Below are positions 39,157-49,608 of a stretch of 64,000 nt of DNA, in pieces (the stretch's first letter is position 1; each line of letters starts with the position of its first letter). The DNA is from an uncultured Spirochaetota bacterium (lineage in GTDB: Bacteria; Spirochaetota; UBA4802; UBA5550). The stretch is from the NCBI GenBank assembly GCA_963827275.1, contig CAWHAA010000010.1, positions 384,001-448,000 of the forward strand, written 5' to 3'. The notes under the pieces are model-generated. The model was not told where the DNA came from and did not search any database. It worked only from the letters and a program-made list of their open reading frames with translations. Made by a program: the position numbers and the translations under genes.

Positions 39157-40706
39157 GGCGTCCCCTTCTCCCCGAAAACGTTTGCCTGGAAACGGAAGAC
39201 CATCGTTACCCCGTCTTTCCACGCGCCGGCGGGAAGGCCGGCCTTGCGGCAGGCTTCGTCAAGGAACCGCTCCCGGTCCCATCCCTGCTCCACCGCCACC
39301 TGGGGAAGAAGCAGGCCGCGGTACGGGCCCCGCTCGACGATGAGACCGTCCCTTCCGGTCCGGACCTCCTCCACGGAGCGCACCGGCGATGGCTCGGTGA
39401 GCACGGATATCTCTATGGCGATGTCCTTCATCTCGCCGGCGGTCACCGGACCGAAACGCGGGTCCTTGAACGCGGCATTGTATGAGTTGTCAAGCACCCC
39501 CTGGATGATGGGCTTGATCCCGGCGATGTAGCCGATGCAGCCCCGGAGCTCCCCGCGCTTCTTCAATGTCACGAACACGCCCCTCTTCTCAAGGCAGGCT
39601 TCCGGGACCCTGTCGGGAAAGAACCTGATGCCCCTCTTTTTAACGAGCCAGGATTGTATATTGTCCCTGGCCGCCTTGAGGAGAAAGCGCTTGTCGCTCC
39701 CGGAAAGGTCAACCGAACCCGCGGGGGCAGCGGTTGCGGCGCCGGCAAGCCGGCCGGTGAAGATGATAGCGGCGTAACTGACGGAGTTATCATAGCTCCC
39801 GGTGATGTTCCCGGAGGTGTCATACGCGACCTTTTCCGACCTGAACCCGTCAATGGGAAGCGACATGGCGATTTTGATCGGATTTTTGCCGCAGATGGTT
39901 GCGCCCGTCCGTTCCAGGTAAGCGGAAAAACCCGCCAGGTCCCTCTTCATTATACGCTCGACAGCGCCGTCATCGAGATTTTTTAACCTTACCCTGCTCC
40001 CCTGCGCGGAATCGTGTTTAAACGGCAGGTACCCGAAATTCGGCCCGTAGTGGGTGAAATCGCTGCTTACGATGAAGAGCGTTTTTTCACCCGCAACCGC
40101 CGCGGTGATGGCGGCCGCGGCGCGCGCCGCGCCGCCGTCATCAAGCTCTCCCACGAGCACGGGCAGCACGCGGATCTCCTTTTCAAGAGCGCGGCCGAAA
40201 ATCCTCTGTAAAAAGGGAAGATGGATCTCGATGGAATGCTCCCGCTCGAACGCGGCCGGATTGATGCTGAACAGGCTGTTTGCCACAAGGCGCTCCGCGG
40301 CGCCTGTTTCCATCCGCACCCTGCCAAGCGGTGTTTCATACCGGTCGGCGTCAAGCAGGGCGCACCCACTGAACGCGCGGGAGTGGGACGGGCCGATGAT
40401 GACGACCAGGCCCGGGGCGACCGCCGGCTTTCCCGCGCCGCCGATTGCGCGATACCCGGCAGCGGCAACCCCCCCGGAATACATGTATCCCGCATGGGGA
40501 AGTATCAGGAGAAGCTGGTCCCGGCGCGGCACGCTTCCGGACACAGGCCGGGCGAGCAGTCCGTCAACCTGCCGTGCCAGCTCCGCCCGGTCTGCCGGAT
40601 ACCACTGGCCCGCGAGGTTCGATTTCTTTACCTTCGCGGAGGATTCCGGGGAAGCGCAAGAAGCGCATAGCGCAAGTATCGCGATCAAAAAAATGAGCTT
40701 TTTCAT
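39153..40706 (-). CDS. amrB: AmmeMemoRadiSam AmrB (Memo-like) - AmrA (AMMECR1) fusion with a lipoprotein-like signal
   Basis: PHAGYMYSG, GPSH, EHSIE, SSDFTHY, TICG; GVFVTL...LRGCIG, DPRF, LLLPQV; N-terminus MKKLIFLIAILALCASC. Confidence 0.93.
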   Translation of the reverse strand: MKKLIFLIAILALCASCASPESSAKVKKSNLAGQWYPADRAELARQVDGLLARPVSGSVPRRDQLLLILPHAGYMYSGGVAAAGYRAIGGAGKPAVAPGLVVIIGPSHSRAFSGCALLDADRYETPLGRVRMETGAAERLVANSLFSINPAAFEREHSIEIHLPFLQRIFGRALEKEIRVLPVLVGELDDGGAARAAAAITAAVAGEKTLFIVSSDFTHYGPNFGYLPFKHDSAQGSRVRLKNLDDGAVERIMKRDLAGFSAYLERTGATICGKNPIKIAMSLPIDGFRSEKVAYDTSGNITGSYDNSVSYAAIIFTGRLAGAATAAPAGSVDLSGSDKRFLLKAARDNIQSWLVKKRGIRFFPDRVPEACLEKRGVFVTLKKRGELRGCIGYIAGIKPIIQGVLDNSYNAAFKDPRFGPVTAGEMKDIAIEISVLTEPSPVRSVEEVRTGRDGLIVERGPYRGLLLPQVAVEQGWDRERFLDEACRKAGLPAGAWKDGVTMVFRFQANVFGEKGTP

Positions 40707-40868
40707 GGGTACCTCGGTTCTGTAAAGAAGGGCCTTGCTTCTCTCCCGGATACGGACGTATTCATGTTATAATACGATATATGAATAATAACAAGAAATT
40801 TATCATTTTTTGAGCAGGCTTTTATCATCCATCCGGTTAAATAAAAAGCCTAATAAGGCTTTTTTTGT

Positions 40869-40897
40869 TTGACTTTGTCATGGGGGTACTTTACTTT
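40869..40897 (+). promoter_or_regulatory. Candidate sigma70 promoter
   Basis: TTGACT-N17-TACTTT in AT-rich DNA upstream of the 41021 gene. Confidence 0.45.
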
Positions 40898-41020
40898 AAT
40901 ATTGGTAAATACAGCCGGATTTAAAATACCCTGTATTGTTTAACAGGCTTTTAGCCGAAACATTATACTAAATAGAAGACCGCTGCAGCAGGAAGACTTA
41001 TCAAGAGGAGTTACTACATA

Positions 41021-41860
41021 ATGAACCTCAAGAAACATTATTTGTTGATTTTTATTTTCGCCATCCTTGCGTATTCAATCAATCTCAATGCCGCATCCAT
41101 TGTCCTCAGATCAGGGACGGCCCTGAAGGGCAAACTCATCGACAGGAATGATGAAGAAATAACGATACAGGACCCGGCCACAAAACAGCTCCGTGTCATT
41201 AAAGCGATATTCATAAAAGACCTCGTCCTTGATCCGGGCGAGGAAAAAATAGGCGTCAAGAAGAAACCGGCTGAGCCCGCGAAGAAGGGAGGAACCGGCG
41301 CCGGCGGCGCAACAGCATCCCCGGACCTTCTGGCCGCACTTGAACCGGCCCTGGGGCTCATGCCCGGGGTCGCAATCCCGTTTGGAAAGATAAACAAGGG
41401 CGTAAATATCGGCTTCGGCTTCACCCTTTTCTCGGACCTCAGCATCCCCATGAAGCTGGATGTTCTCAAAATCAGGCCGGGGCTCTCGATCGGCTTCCTC
41501 TACCACACGACGAAGGGTGGCAGCCCTTTCTCGCTTGAAAAGCGATCGCCCTATGTCATGATGATCCCGGTCATCGCGTACATCAAGCTCCAGTTCATCG
41601 CGCCGCACGGCTTCAGGCCGTATATCAAGATCGGCGGCGGTATTACGCCGGTTCTTGCACAGGGAATGTCGTCAATGGATCCGACCTTCGCTCCCGGGGT
41701 CGGGCTCGGGTACGTGAACGGCAAAATACCCTACCTGGAGTTCTATATCGACATGGGCGTCCTGATGGCCTTTGAAAAAGTCAGGGGCGATTTTATCACT
41801 GCCTCTGTCGGCATCGCCTACCGCTTTGGCGCGCCGCCTCCCGCGACCGGCCTCAAATAA
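41021..41860 (+). CDS. Putative outer-membrane beta-barrel protein with a small N-terminal domain
   Basis: Signal peptide; amphipathic strands ending VGIAYRF; GAGGAG RBS. Confidence 0.6.
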   Translation: MNLKKHYLLIFIFAILAYSINLNAASIVLRSGTALKGKLIDRNDEEITIQDPATKQLRVIKAIFIKDLVLDPGEEKIGVKKKPAEPAKKGGTGAGGATASPDLLAALEPALGLMPGVAIPFGKINKGVNIGFGFTLFSDLSIPMKLDVLKIRPGLSIGFLYHTTKGGSPFSLEKRSPYVMMIPVIAYIKLQFIAPHGFRPYIKIGGGITPVLAQGMSSMDPTFAPGVGLGYVNGKIPYLEFYIDMGVLMAFEKVRGDFITASVGIAYRFGAPPPATGLK

Positions 41861-41889
41861 ACGAGCCAACATACACGACTGCCGTACCG

Positions 41890-41915
41890 AAGGCCGGGCA
41901 CTCCCCGGCCTTTTT
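41890..41915 (+). terminator. Intrinsic terminator
   Basis: AAGGCCGGG-cactc-CCCGGCCTT followed by a T tract. Confidence 0.8.
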
Positions 41916-42045
41916 CATTATTATTGCCGCGTCCCGTAATTTACTGTATATTTGGCGTAAGGGCTCTGCCTGATGAAATTATTTGTTGACGATAATCGCC
42001 CGAAGGGGGATTATACCAACCATCAACGCGCGGGGAGGAGTATCG

Positions 42046-42378
42046 ATGTCTCTGTTCCAGACGCAAAAAGAAAAGATGGAGATAAAGCTTTCAGCCGAGC
42101 TCTCCTTTAAAATCATGCAGATAGGCCAGCTCATCCTTGAGCTGAAGACCGACTACATCCAGTTTTTCGACGATGACACCCGGCTCAAGCTCCTCCAGGT
42201 CAACGAGATGATCGAGGAGCTGGCCCAGCAGATGACCGGCAGTACGGCGGAACGGATGTATCTGTGGCGCGTCGAAAAAGAAGAGAAAAAGCGCATCGAG
42301 CAGCAGGAGAAGGAGCTCGCGAAGGAAAAAGAATCCGCGCAGAAGGCCCCGCAGGCCCCCGCCGACGAGCAAGAATAA
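42046..42378 (+). CDS. Hypothetical helical protein
   Basis: GGAGGAG RBS; coding-like composition. Confidence 0.65.
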   Translation: MSLFQTQKEKMEIKLSAELSFKIMQIGQLILELKTDYIQFFDDDTRLKLLQVNEMIEELAQQMTGSTAERMYLWRVEKEEKKRIEQQEKELAKEKESAQKAPQAPADEQE

Positions 42379-42414
42379 ACGCACACCGGCCAACCGCATG
42401 AAAACGCAGTGCGG

Positions 42415-43887
42415 TCACACCTCGATCCTGCCGGCAGGCCCTTCCGGCATCGAAGGCGGGATCGACGCGTGCGATTCCTCGATGACCCGCATGCCCTTCC
42501 ATTTTCCGCCTGAAAACCGCGCCATGAACACGATCCCCAGCAGCATCACGTACCCCGTCAGCACCGCCCACCCCGTGTAGATGCCCATATCAAAGACAAT
42601 GAGCAGCACGGCGGTCGGGATGACAAGGCCGAACACAGACATGATGACGATGGCATACATGACGAAACGGGTATCACCCGCCCCCTTGATCGCGGAAGAG
42701 AAAATGATGTTCATTGAGTCAAATACGCAGTAGAGCGCCACGAACCGGAGCAGCACCCTGACCAGGTCGGCGGTCGGCTTGAACTGCGCCCGGTCAGTGC
42801 CGGCCCCGTACAGGGAAATAAAGATATCGGGGGCAAACAGGTACAGAAGGGCCACCGCTCCCATGTACGCGGCCGCCAGGTGAAGCCCCGAGTAGACGCT
42901 GTATTCGGCGCGCTCGGGTTTATTCATGCCCAGGTACTGTCCCACGAGCACGGATACCGTGATCCCGAGGCCTATCATCGGCATGAAGGCGATGGTGTTG
43001 ACGTTGAAGGCGATATTCGTCGCGGCAAGGCTGTCGGTCCCGAGGCGGCCCAGGATCAGTATGAACGCGGTGATGCCCATCATATCGAGAAAAAACTGCG
43101 CGCCGTTCGGCAGGCCGAAGCGAATGAGCCGCCTGAACAGGCGCGCATCGAACCGCCACCCGCCCAGGGTGTTGAAGGCCGCGTTGTGCGACGGCTTGAA
43201 GATGACCACCGCGTACACCAGGAAGGAAACGCAGGAGGAAAGGACCGTCGCTACCGCCGCCCCCTCGATCCCCATGCGGGGGAACCCGATGTTACCGAAG
43301 ATCAGGACATAGTCCAGCACCAGGTTCACCGCGGTTGCCGTAAAATTCGAGACAAGGATGATCCAGGTCCTGCCGATGCCTGAAAAAAAGCCGGACATGG
43401 CCGACGAGGCGACCAGGGGCACGGCCCCGAAGCAGAGGATCCGGAAATATGCCGATTCGTATTCCTGGACGCGGGCCTCATGCCCCACGAAGGCGAAGAT
43501 ATCAACCGAGAAGGGGACGAAGAGCATGATAATGACGCCCGATATGAGGGAGATATAGAGAGACTGCCAGAGGACCGGCCCCACCATCCTGTTCTGCTCG
43601 GAGCCGTAATATTGCGCGATGAAGGTGCTGACATAGGAGACCGTCCCCATGAAGAGGCTCACCAGCGTGAAATTCAGGCTGCCCGCCGGCATGGACGCGG
43701 CCATCGCTTCCTTTGAAAACCAGTTGAGAAACATGCGGTCGATGAAATGCTGCAGGGCCCATGAACCGGTCGTGAAGATAAGCGGGACGGCAATAATCAA
43801 TACATCCCGGTAGCCGCCCTCTCTATTAAATCTGCCGGCGAAATGCCGGCGCGCCATGTCATATAATTTCATGATCTTCCGTTCCAC
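42415..43887 (-). CDS. MATE-family efflux transporter
   Basis: Polytopic; FGNIGFPRMGIEGAAVAT, VGQYLG, KGAGDT. Confidence 0.92.
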   Translation of the reverse strand: MERKIMKLYDMARRHFAGRFNREGGYRDVLIIAVPLIFTTGSWALQHFIDRMFLNWFSKEAMAASMPAGSLNFTLVSLFMGTVSYVSTFIAQYYGSEQNRMVGPVLWQSLYISLISGVIIMLFVPFSVDIFAFVGHEARVQEYESAYFRILCFGAVPLVASSAMSGFFSGIGRTWIILVSNFTATAVNLVLDYVLIFGNIGFPRMGIEGAAVATVLSSCVSFLVYAVVIFKPSHNAAFNTLGGWRFDARLFRRLIRFGLPNGAQFFLDMMGITAFILILGRLGTDSLAATNIAFNVNTIAFMPMIGLGITVSVLVGQYLGMNKPERAEYSVYSGLHLAAAYMGAVALLYLFAPDIFISLYGAGTDRAQFKPTADLVRVLLRFVALYCVFDSMNIIFSSAIKGAGDTRFVMYAIVIMSVFGLVIPTAVLLIVFDMGIYTGWAVLTGYVMLLGIVFMARFSGGKWKGMRVIEESHASIPPSMPEGPAGRIEV

Positions 43888-43953
43888 TGATAACTGTCGG
43901 CCGGCCCGGCCGCGGCGATTCGCGTGCCCGCCGCTGGCGGGTTGAAAGGAGTA

Positions 43954-45912
43954 TTAATGGGGAACGCCGCCCTGGTCCGGCGCCGCCTCGGCTTTCTGTA
44001 ACAGCTTCCTGCGCTCTTCCAGGTCCCGCGCCAGCCGTTCGCTCATGCACTCGTGCGCGACCTGGTAGGCGAAGGCGTTCATGCGGAGAAAGACCCCGTC
44101 CAGCATTGAATCTTCCATCACCCTTTTCCCCGCGAGCTCCTTCGACAGCGGGGAGCCGTTCCTGACATCAAGGATGACACAGTCGTAAAACGGGAGCGGC
44201 CGCCCCCGTCCGCTTGATTCATCGAGCCCCCGTGCCTTGAGCGATTCCCGCGCCGGCTCGGTGCCCGCCCCCGGGGGCCTGCCCGCGGCCCAGCGGCGGT
44301 GCTGGTCATAGACAACCTGCAGCTCTTTGCCGAAGAGGTAAAAGCAATCGCCGATTGACCTGATCAGGCGGTCCACCAGGGTCCCCGAGCCCGCCTGCGC
44401 CTTCATCGCCCTCCGGACCTCGTCCCTGCCGACGGCGCCGGTGGGGTTGCCGGTCCTGAAGGAATGCATATCATTGAGCACCCTGTTGAAGATGTCCAGG
44501 TGCGCTTCGAAATAATTCAGTGAGAATATGGCCCCCTCGCTCTCCTGCCGGCCCATGTCCCGGAACACGACCGTCGAGCCGTCCAGCAGGGGGACATACA
44601 TATTTCTGAAACACTGCAACAGCGCGTCAAGAAAATTTATAAAGTTCTCGTTGTACATCATCTTCGAGTCATAGTGCTTCTTGTCGATATAGCGCCACTG
44701 GTCTTCCGCCCCCTTCAGGAGCATGTTGCGTCCCTCGTCGTCGAGCCGGAGCAGCACCGCCAGCGTCTCGTACGGCTCGAGCTCCCTGCGGATGGCATCC
44801 CGCGTCTTTTTCATGAGCGACTCCCTGTCCTTCCCCACCTTCACCAGGTAGTCCTCGCTGTAGTCCCATTCCACGTTGTTCACGAACGGGGCCTTGATGC
44901 CGTAGTGCGCGACGATCGTATTCTGGTCGACATGCCGCTGGAACACCAGCGCCTCCTCGGCGGCCATCATGAACTCCCCGAGCCCGCCCGTTTCGAACCG
45001 CTCCTTCATCCGCTTCGACAGCAGGCATTCCTGCCCCGCGGACAGAGGGACGAACGAGCGCAGGAGCATCATGAACTCATACACCAGCTTTTCCTTCTCG
45101 AGGTTGCGCTTCTCCTTGTCCCTGCGGTAGGCGGGCGGCTCGCCGTCAACGAGGTCCTCCTTGCGGAAATCGTCAATGGACCGGAGCCGCGCTTCAGCTT
45201 CAGCGATGATTTTCTCCCGCATGTCGGCGTTCAGCAAGAGGAAGGAAAAATACGGGGTCACCCACCCTTTGAGCTCCCGCTCGAACTGCGCCCGCTCCAT
45301 CCATTTGACCACCTCGTACTTCAGCTGCAGCAGCGGGGCCTCCGACATCCATTTTCTGAGGCAGCGGAGGTAGTTGAATATCAGCGGGTCCTCAACGGCG
45401 GGGTCCTCGAGTATCTTCATCATGATAACGACAAGCCGGCCGGCGATCTCGCCCTGGACGCCGGCAAGGTAGGCCATGATCTTCATCATCTTTTTCGAGG
45501 GCACCAGGCGCTTCCTGATGCCGATGCCGAGCTTGTTGTTCCGGTGCACGAGGTAGCGCCTGCGGAACAACCCCCGGTCACGGTATTCCCGGTAGAGATC
45601 GTCAATGTAATAGGAGGTTTCCGTCGGAGCGTGGACCTCCGGCGCGGCCGGCATAGCATCCGGCGTCCGCGGCTGCGCCCTCTTTTTCTTCGCGGGCTCC
45701 GGCCGGACGCCCTCATTCTCGTACAGGACGACCTTCTTGTCCGGGCAGGTATGGACCAGCTCAATGATGGCGCGGTACTTTTCGTACGGCTTGAGATGGC
45801 GGTTGTTCATGAGCGTGCGGACCAGCTCCTGCTTGTGGGGCGGGATCTCTTTGCTAACAAGCATGGCCCGTGCGCGACGCTCGAGCTTTTTTATCTCTTC
45901 CTGGCTGCTCAT
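43954..45912 (-). CDS. Large hypothetical cytoplasmic protein
   Basis: 652-aa ORF with coding-like composition; no motif recognised. Confidence 0.7.
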   Translation of the reverse strand: MSSQEEIKKLERRARAMLVSKEIPPHKQELVRTLMNNRHLKPYEKYRAIIELVHTCPDKKVVLYENEGVRPEPAKKKRAQPRTPDAMPAAPEVHAPTETSYYIDDLYREYRDRGLFRRRYLVHRNNKLGIGIRKRLVPSKKMMKIMAYLAGVQGEIAGRLVVIMMKILEDPAVEDPLIFNYLRCLRKWMSEAPLLQLKYEVVKWMERAQFERELKGWVTPYFSFLLLNADMREKIIAEAEARLRSIDDFRKEDLVDGEPPAYRRDKEKRNLEKEKLVYEFMMLLRSFVPLSAGQECLLSKRMKERFETGGLGEFMMAAEEALVFQRHVDQNTIVAHYGIKAPFVNNVEWDYSEDYLVKVGKDRESLMKKTRDAIRRELEPYETLAVLLRLDDEGRNMLLKGAEDQWRYIDKKHYDSKMMYNENFINFLDALLQCFRNMYVPLLDGSTVVFRDMGRQESEGAIFSLNYFEAHLDIFNRVLNDMHSFRTGNPTGAVGRDEVRRAMKAQAGSGTLVDRLIRSIGDCFYLFGKELQVVYDQHRRWAAGRPPGAGTEPARESLKARGLDESSGRGRPLPFYDCVILDVRNGSPLSKELAGKRVMEDSMLDGVFLRMNAFAYQVAHECMSERLARDLEERRKLLQKAEAAPDQGGVPH

Positions 45913-45931
45913 GTCCTGACAGGGAAAAGAA

Positions 45932-46981
45932 TCATTTGCCGGGAAGGCGCGGTATCACGACGATCTCCACCCGGCGGTTGAGCGCGCGGTTCGCGGGCGT
46001 ATCGTTGGGAACGACGGGGTTATATTCCCCGTACCCGGCCGCACTGAAACGGGACGCGTTCAGGTTCTTTTCGCGTAAAATATAATTCAGGACCGACAGG
46101 GCCCGCTCGGTGGAAAGCTGCCAGTTGTCCCTGAACCTGCTGGTGCTGATGGGCACGTTATCGGTATGCCCCTCGATGATTATCCTGTTGCCGGTATAGT
46201 TGTTCAATATGGCGGTGATCTTCAGCAGGGCCGGCATGACGTCCTTCTTCAGCTCCGCCTTCCCGGAATCGAAGCTGATTTTTTCGCCGATGTCTATGAT
46301 GAGCCGGTCGTGAAAACGCTTGAGTGTGATGTCTCCCTTCTGTATCTCATCCGCCAGCTGTTTTTCAAGCTCCTTCGCCTGTTCCTCCATGCGGGCCAGC
46401 TCGTCCTTCTGCTTCTGGCTCAGCTTCTCGAGGTTCGAAAGCTCGATGTTCAGGTTGTTGATCTCCTTTTTGAGGTCGGCGATCTTCTTTTCATACTGGT
46501 CCCGCACATCGCCCAGCTCCTTGATGTGCTTCTGCCGCTCCGCGGCAAGCTCGTCGCGGAGCCTTGCCAGGTCGTCCTCGCTGCGCTTCTGCAGCTTCCG
46601 GTTCTCTTCTATCAACTGCTTCTCGCGATCGCTCCCCTTTTTCTTCATGAGGTCGATCATGTCCTCGAGCTCCTTGGCGCGGTTGGCGCACTGCTCCCTG
46701 TCGCTTTTCTGTTCCTTGCGGAGATTGTCAAGCTCCCGCTCAAGGATGTCGATCCTGTTGTTCAGGCCCGCGATCTTGGCCTCAAGGTTGGCCTTGTCAT
46801 TGCCGTACTGCCGCTTCAGCGAGTTCAGTTCAAGCTGGAGCGCCTCATTTTCATTGTACAATTTGTTGTACTGCGTCGACGTGTAGAGGAGCGCCCCCCG
46901 GGCGGGGAACGGTCCGGCGCAGAGCAGGAACGCGGCCGTAAGGGCCGGCACCATGAGCCTGAAGACCATGTCTCTTTTCAT
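45932..46981 (-). CDS. Coiled-coil protein with a C-terminal OmpA/MotB domain
   Basis: Signal peptide, long heptad region, IEGHTDNVPI..NWQLSTERA..NRRVEI. Confidence 0.88.
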   Translation of the reverse strand: MKRDMVFRLMVPALTAAFLLCAGPFPARGALLYTSTQYNKLYNENEALQLELNSLKRQYGNDKANLEAKIAGLNNRIDILERELDNLRKEQKSDREQCANRAKELEDMIDLMKKKGSDREKQLIEENRKLQKRSEDDLARLRDELAAERQKHIKELGDVRDQYEKKIADLKKEINNLNIELSNLEKLSQKQKDELARMEEQAKELEKQLADEIQKGDITLKRFHDRLIIDIGEKISFDSGKAELKKDVMPALLKITAILNNYTGNRIIIEGHTDNVPISTSRFRDNWQLSTERALSVLNYILREKNLNASRFSAAGYGEYNPVVPNDTPANRALNRRVEIVVIPRLPGK

Positions 46982-46993
46982 TGTGATGTATCC

Positions 46994-47665
46994 CTATTTG
47001 ATCAATTTATCTTCGGTTATCCGCACCTTGACCGCGGCCTCTTCACGGTCCTCTTTTTTATCCGCCAGGATCTCCTTCTGCTTTTCCAGGAAGACCCGGT
47101 ATTTTTCGTCATACTTGTCCGGTGAGTCGGAGGACTCCTTCTTTTCCTTCGGGTCGGCCGCGCCCAGCCTCCTCACCAGGTAGTCCCGGGCGATCCGGGC
47201 CCTCTCGTAGCGCAGTTCGGCGACCTGGACTGACAGGTCGGCTTCCGCGACGTCCTTCTCCGCCACGGCGAGGTCGCGCAGCGCGGCCGAGTTCTCGACC
47301 CGCGCCGCCTGTGCGCGGATCTCGTTGTCCTTCTGGGCGATCTGGTTCGCGGTCTCATCGACCCGCGCGCCGTCATTCTCCAGCTTATATTGCTTCTGCT
47401 TGTCCTCGAGAAGTTTCTTTTCATCCTTCAGGATGCCGAGCCTACCCCTGTCGATTTTGAGCTTCTGCTCGGCATCGTGGAGCTTGTCCTTCACCACCCG
47501 GGCCGCGTGGTTTTTCGCGATGACAAAATTTTCCAGCTTCTCCAGGGACTTTGCCTGCTCGGCCGATTTATCGACAAGGTATTCATCCGGCACCGGGTCC
47601 GGCATGGTGACGCATCCTGCCATAAAAACGAGTGAAGCGGCCAATAGCGATACGATAGCTTTCAT
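46994..47665 (-). CDS. Coiled-coil lipoprotein
   Basis: Lipobox MAGC; charged heptad repeats. Confidence 0.7.
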   Translation of the reverse strand: MKAIVSLLAASLVFMAGCVTMPDPVPDEYLVDKSAEQAKSLEKLENFVIAKNHAARVVKDKLHDAEQKLKIDRGRLGILKDEKKLLEDKQKQYKLENDGARVDETANQIAQKDNEIRAQAARVENSAALRDLAVAEKDVAEADLSVQVAELRYERARIARDYLVRRLGAADPKEKKESSDSPDKYDEKYRVFLEKQKEILADKKEDREEAAVKVRITEDKLIK

Positions 47666-47862
47666 ATGATACTCCGATTTTTATTTTTCCTTCCATCCCT
47701 GTTCCTGATCATGGGACAGCGAATCATTATAAAATGTTCTTTTGTATTCGAAAATATTAAATAATCAACTCATATTCTATGAGTTGACGCGCTAATCGCA
47801 AGTTACATGCTTTTCGGAATACGTCAAGAATAATATGGGCGCCCGCGCCGGAGCGTGCGGGG

Positions 47863-49101
47863 TCAGTCCTCCCCTATCGGCACGGCCGCGATCCGCTCCT
47901 CGCCCGGGGGCCCCTGCGGGCCCCGGGGGCCGGTCCTGACCCGCGAGGCCGAAAAGAGGTTTGCCAGCGCGATGCCCGCCCCGAGCAGGAAGACGTACTG
48001 GTACCCGACCTTCTCCCATATCACCCCGCTGACCAGCGCGATCGAGATCGAGAAGATATGGTCTATGGTGACGCCCATGGTAAGGGTCTGCGGCACGTCG
48101 TCCGGCGTGACCGCTATCTTCTTTAAATAGGTGGCCCGCGCCATGCCGACGGACATGAGCAGCTGGTCACAGATGAAGCAGGCGCACGCGACGTAGAGCG
48201 CGATCTCCCCGCCGAACAGCTGCCGGGAAAAGCCGTAGCCCAGGCATACCACCACGAGGATGACCGCTTCGCCCATGAGGATCCGCCGCTCGCCGAGCCG
48301 GTCGATGGCCCTTCCCAGCAATGGATTGAAAAATATGCCAGCGACGCCGCCGATGGTAAGGAGCGTGGCGATCATCTCCGTCTTCTGGTTGAATATCTTT
48401 ATAAGCACCCAGGGCGCGAAGGTGAGAAAAATCTGCTTTCTTGTCCCGAACAGGATGTTGAGCCAGTAAAAAAGGCCGTATTCCTTCCTCAGGGTAAAGC
48501 TGGCCCTGACGGGGCGGGCCTTCCCCGGCTTCATCATGAACAGCAGCAGCGCCGCGCCGAAATAGCCCGCCGCGGCCAACAGGAACGAGAGGGTAAAATC
48601 GAAGCTGAAATACGCGAACCCGATGAAAATGACGAAGCTCCCGCTGATCGCGGCTATGTTCATGGCGCCGGTGAGCTGACCGAGCCGCCTACCCGCCTTC
48701 CCTTCCCCGGCGAACTCCATGCCGAGGCTCTGGTTGAGCGGAAGATAGATGTGCTGGCCCATGCTGTATATCAGCAGCCAGGCGAGCATGATGGAGAAGG
48801 TCGGCGAGTACAGGCCGATGAGCGCAATGCCGATCGACGCGACGAGGTTGGCGAAGGCGGCGAGACGCCGCGAGCTCATGAAGAAAAAGATGGCCGAGAA
48901 AAAAACGACAAGGAACCCCGGCACCTCCCTGGGCAGCTCGAGCATTCCCCGCTGGGAATCAGTGATGCTGAATACTTCATTGAGGTAGTTGTTGAAGACG
49001 GAATTGATCGCGCTCTGGGAGAACCCGATGAGCACGATTGAAAGGATGAACAACTGGAAATCCCTGGGAAGGGCCCGAAACCGCTGAACGAGTCGTTTCA
49101 A
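47863..49101 (-). CDS. MFS transporter
   Basis: Polytopic; GRAIDRLGER loop motif. Confidence 0.88.
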   Translation of the reverse strand: MKRLVQRFRALPRDFQLFILSIVLIGFSQSAINSVFNNYLNEVFSITDSQRGMLELPREVPGFLVVFFSAIFFFMSSRRLAAFANLVASIGIALIGLYSPTFSIMLAWLLIYSMGQHIYLPLNQSLGMEFAGEGKAGRRLGQLTGAMNIAAISGSFVIFIGFAYFSFDFTLSFLLAAAGYFGAALLLFMMKPGKARPVRASFTLRKEYGLFYWLNILFGTRKQIFLTFAPWVLIKIFNQKTEMIATLLTIGGVAGIFFNPLLGRAIDRLGERRILMGEAVILVVVCLGYGFSRQLFGGEIALYVACACFICDQLLMSVGMARATYLKKIAVTPDDVPQTLTMGVTIDHIFSISIALVSGVIWEKVGYQYVFLLGAGIALANLFSASRVRTGPRGPQGPPGEERIAAVPIGED

Positions 49102-49182
49102 ACAGTTACATCTCCGGCGACGGTATGATCGCTGATTTGATCCGCTCCCCGCTTACCGCGTCAAGGATTTTTCATGCCCGGG

Positions 49183-49608
49183 TCAGTGAAATATGGAATA
49201 CGCGATCCGGCTCAGGCTCGCCAGCAGCGTGTAGGCCGAAAAATCTTTCACCTTATGGCTGCCCTCCTCGACCTGCCGGATATACTTGTGCATGTTCGCC
49301 AGCTCGTTTTTGTCGAGCCAGTACGAGCCGCACGAGGGACAGCGGTCCATGACGATGTCGGAATAGTCGAGGAAATTGATCTTCAGCATTAGAACGCCGG
49401 CGCATTCCTGGCACTTAATCGGCCTGTAACGGTCGTCTTCCGGCAGGGTATTGTACGAGCAGAGCTCCACGTCGCCGCCGCTTTCTTTGAGAAGGTTGTT
49501 GAGCTGGTGGCGGTGGAGCCACATGCCGCCGCACTCCCTGCAGACCTGAATATCCTCCCCTTCCCTGTTTTCTTTGACCAGGCCTTTCCTGCATCGCGGG
49601 CATATCAT
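49183..49608 (-). CDS. Tandem zf-TFIIB-like zinc-ribbon protein
   Basis: CPRC...CRECGGMWL and CQEC...CPSCGSYWLD; GGAGGTG RBS before ATG 49608. Confidence 0.8.
   Translation of the reverse strand: MICPRCRKGLVKENREGEDIQVCRECGGMWLHRHQLNNLLKESGGDVELCSYNTLPEDDRYRPIKCQECAGVLMLKINFLDYSDIVMDRCPSCGSYWLDKNELANMHKYIRQVEEGSHKVKDFSAYTLLASLSRIAYSIFH

Noticed and set aside
40843..40866. Terminator-like hairpin AAAAAGCCT-aata-AGGCTTTTT
   Set aside because: It lies between divergent genes with no gene to terminate and has a weak stem; function unsupported
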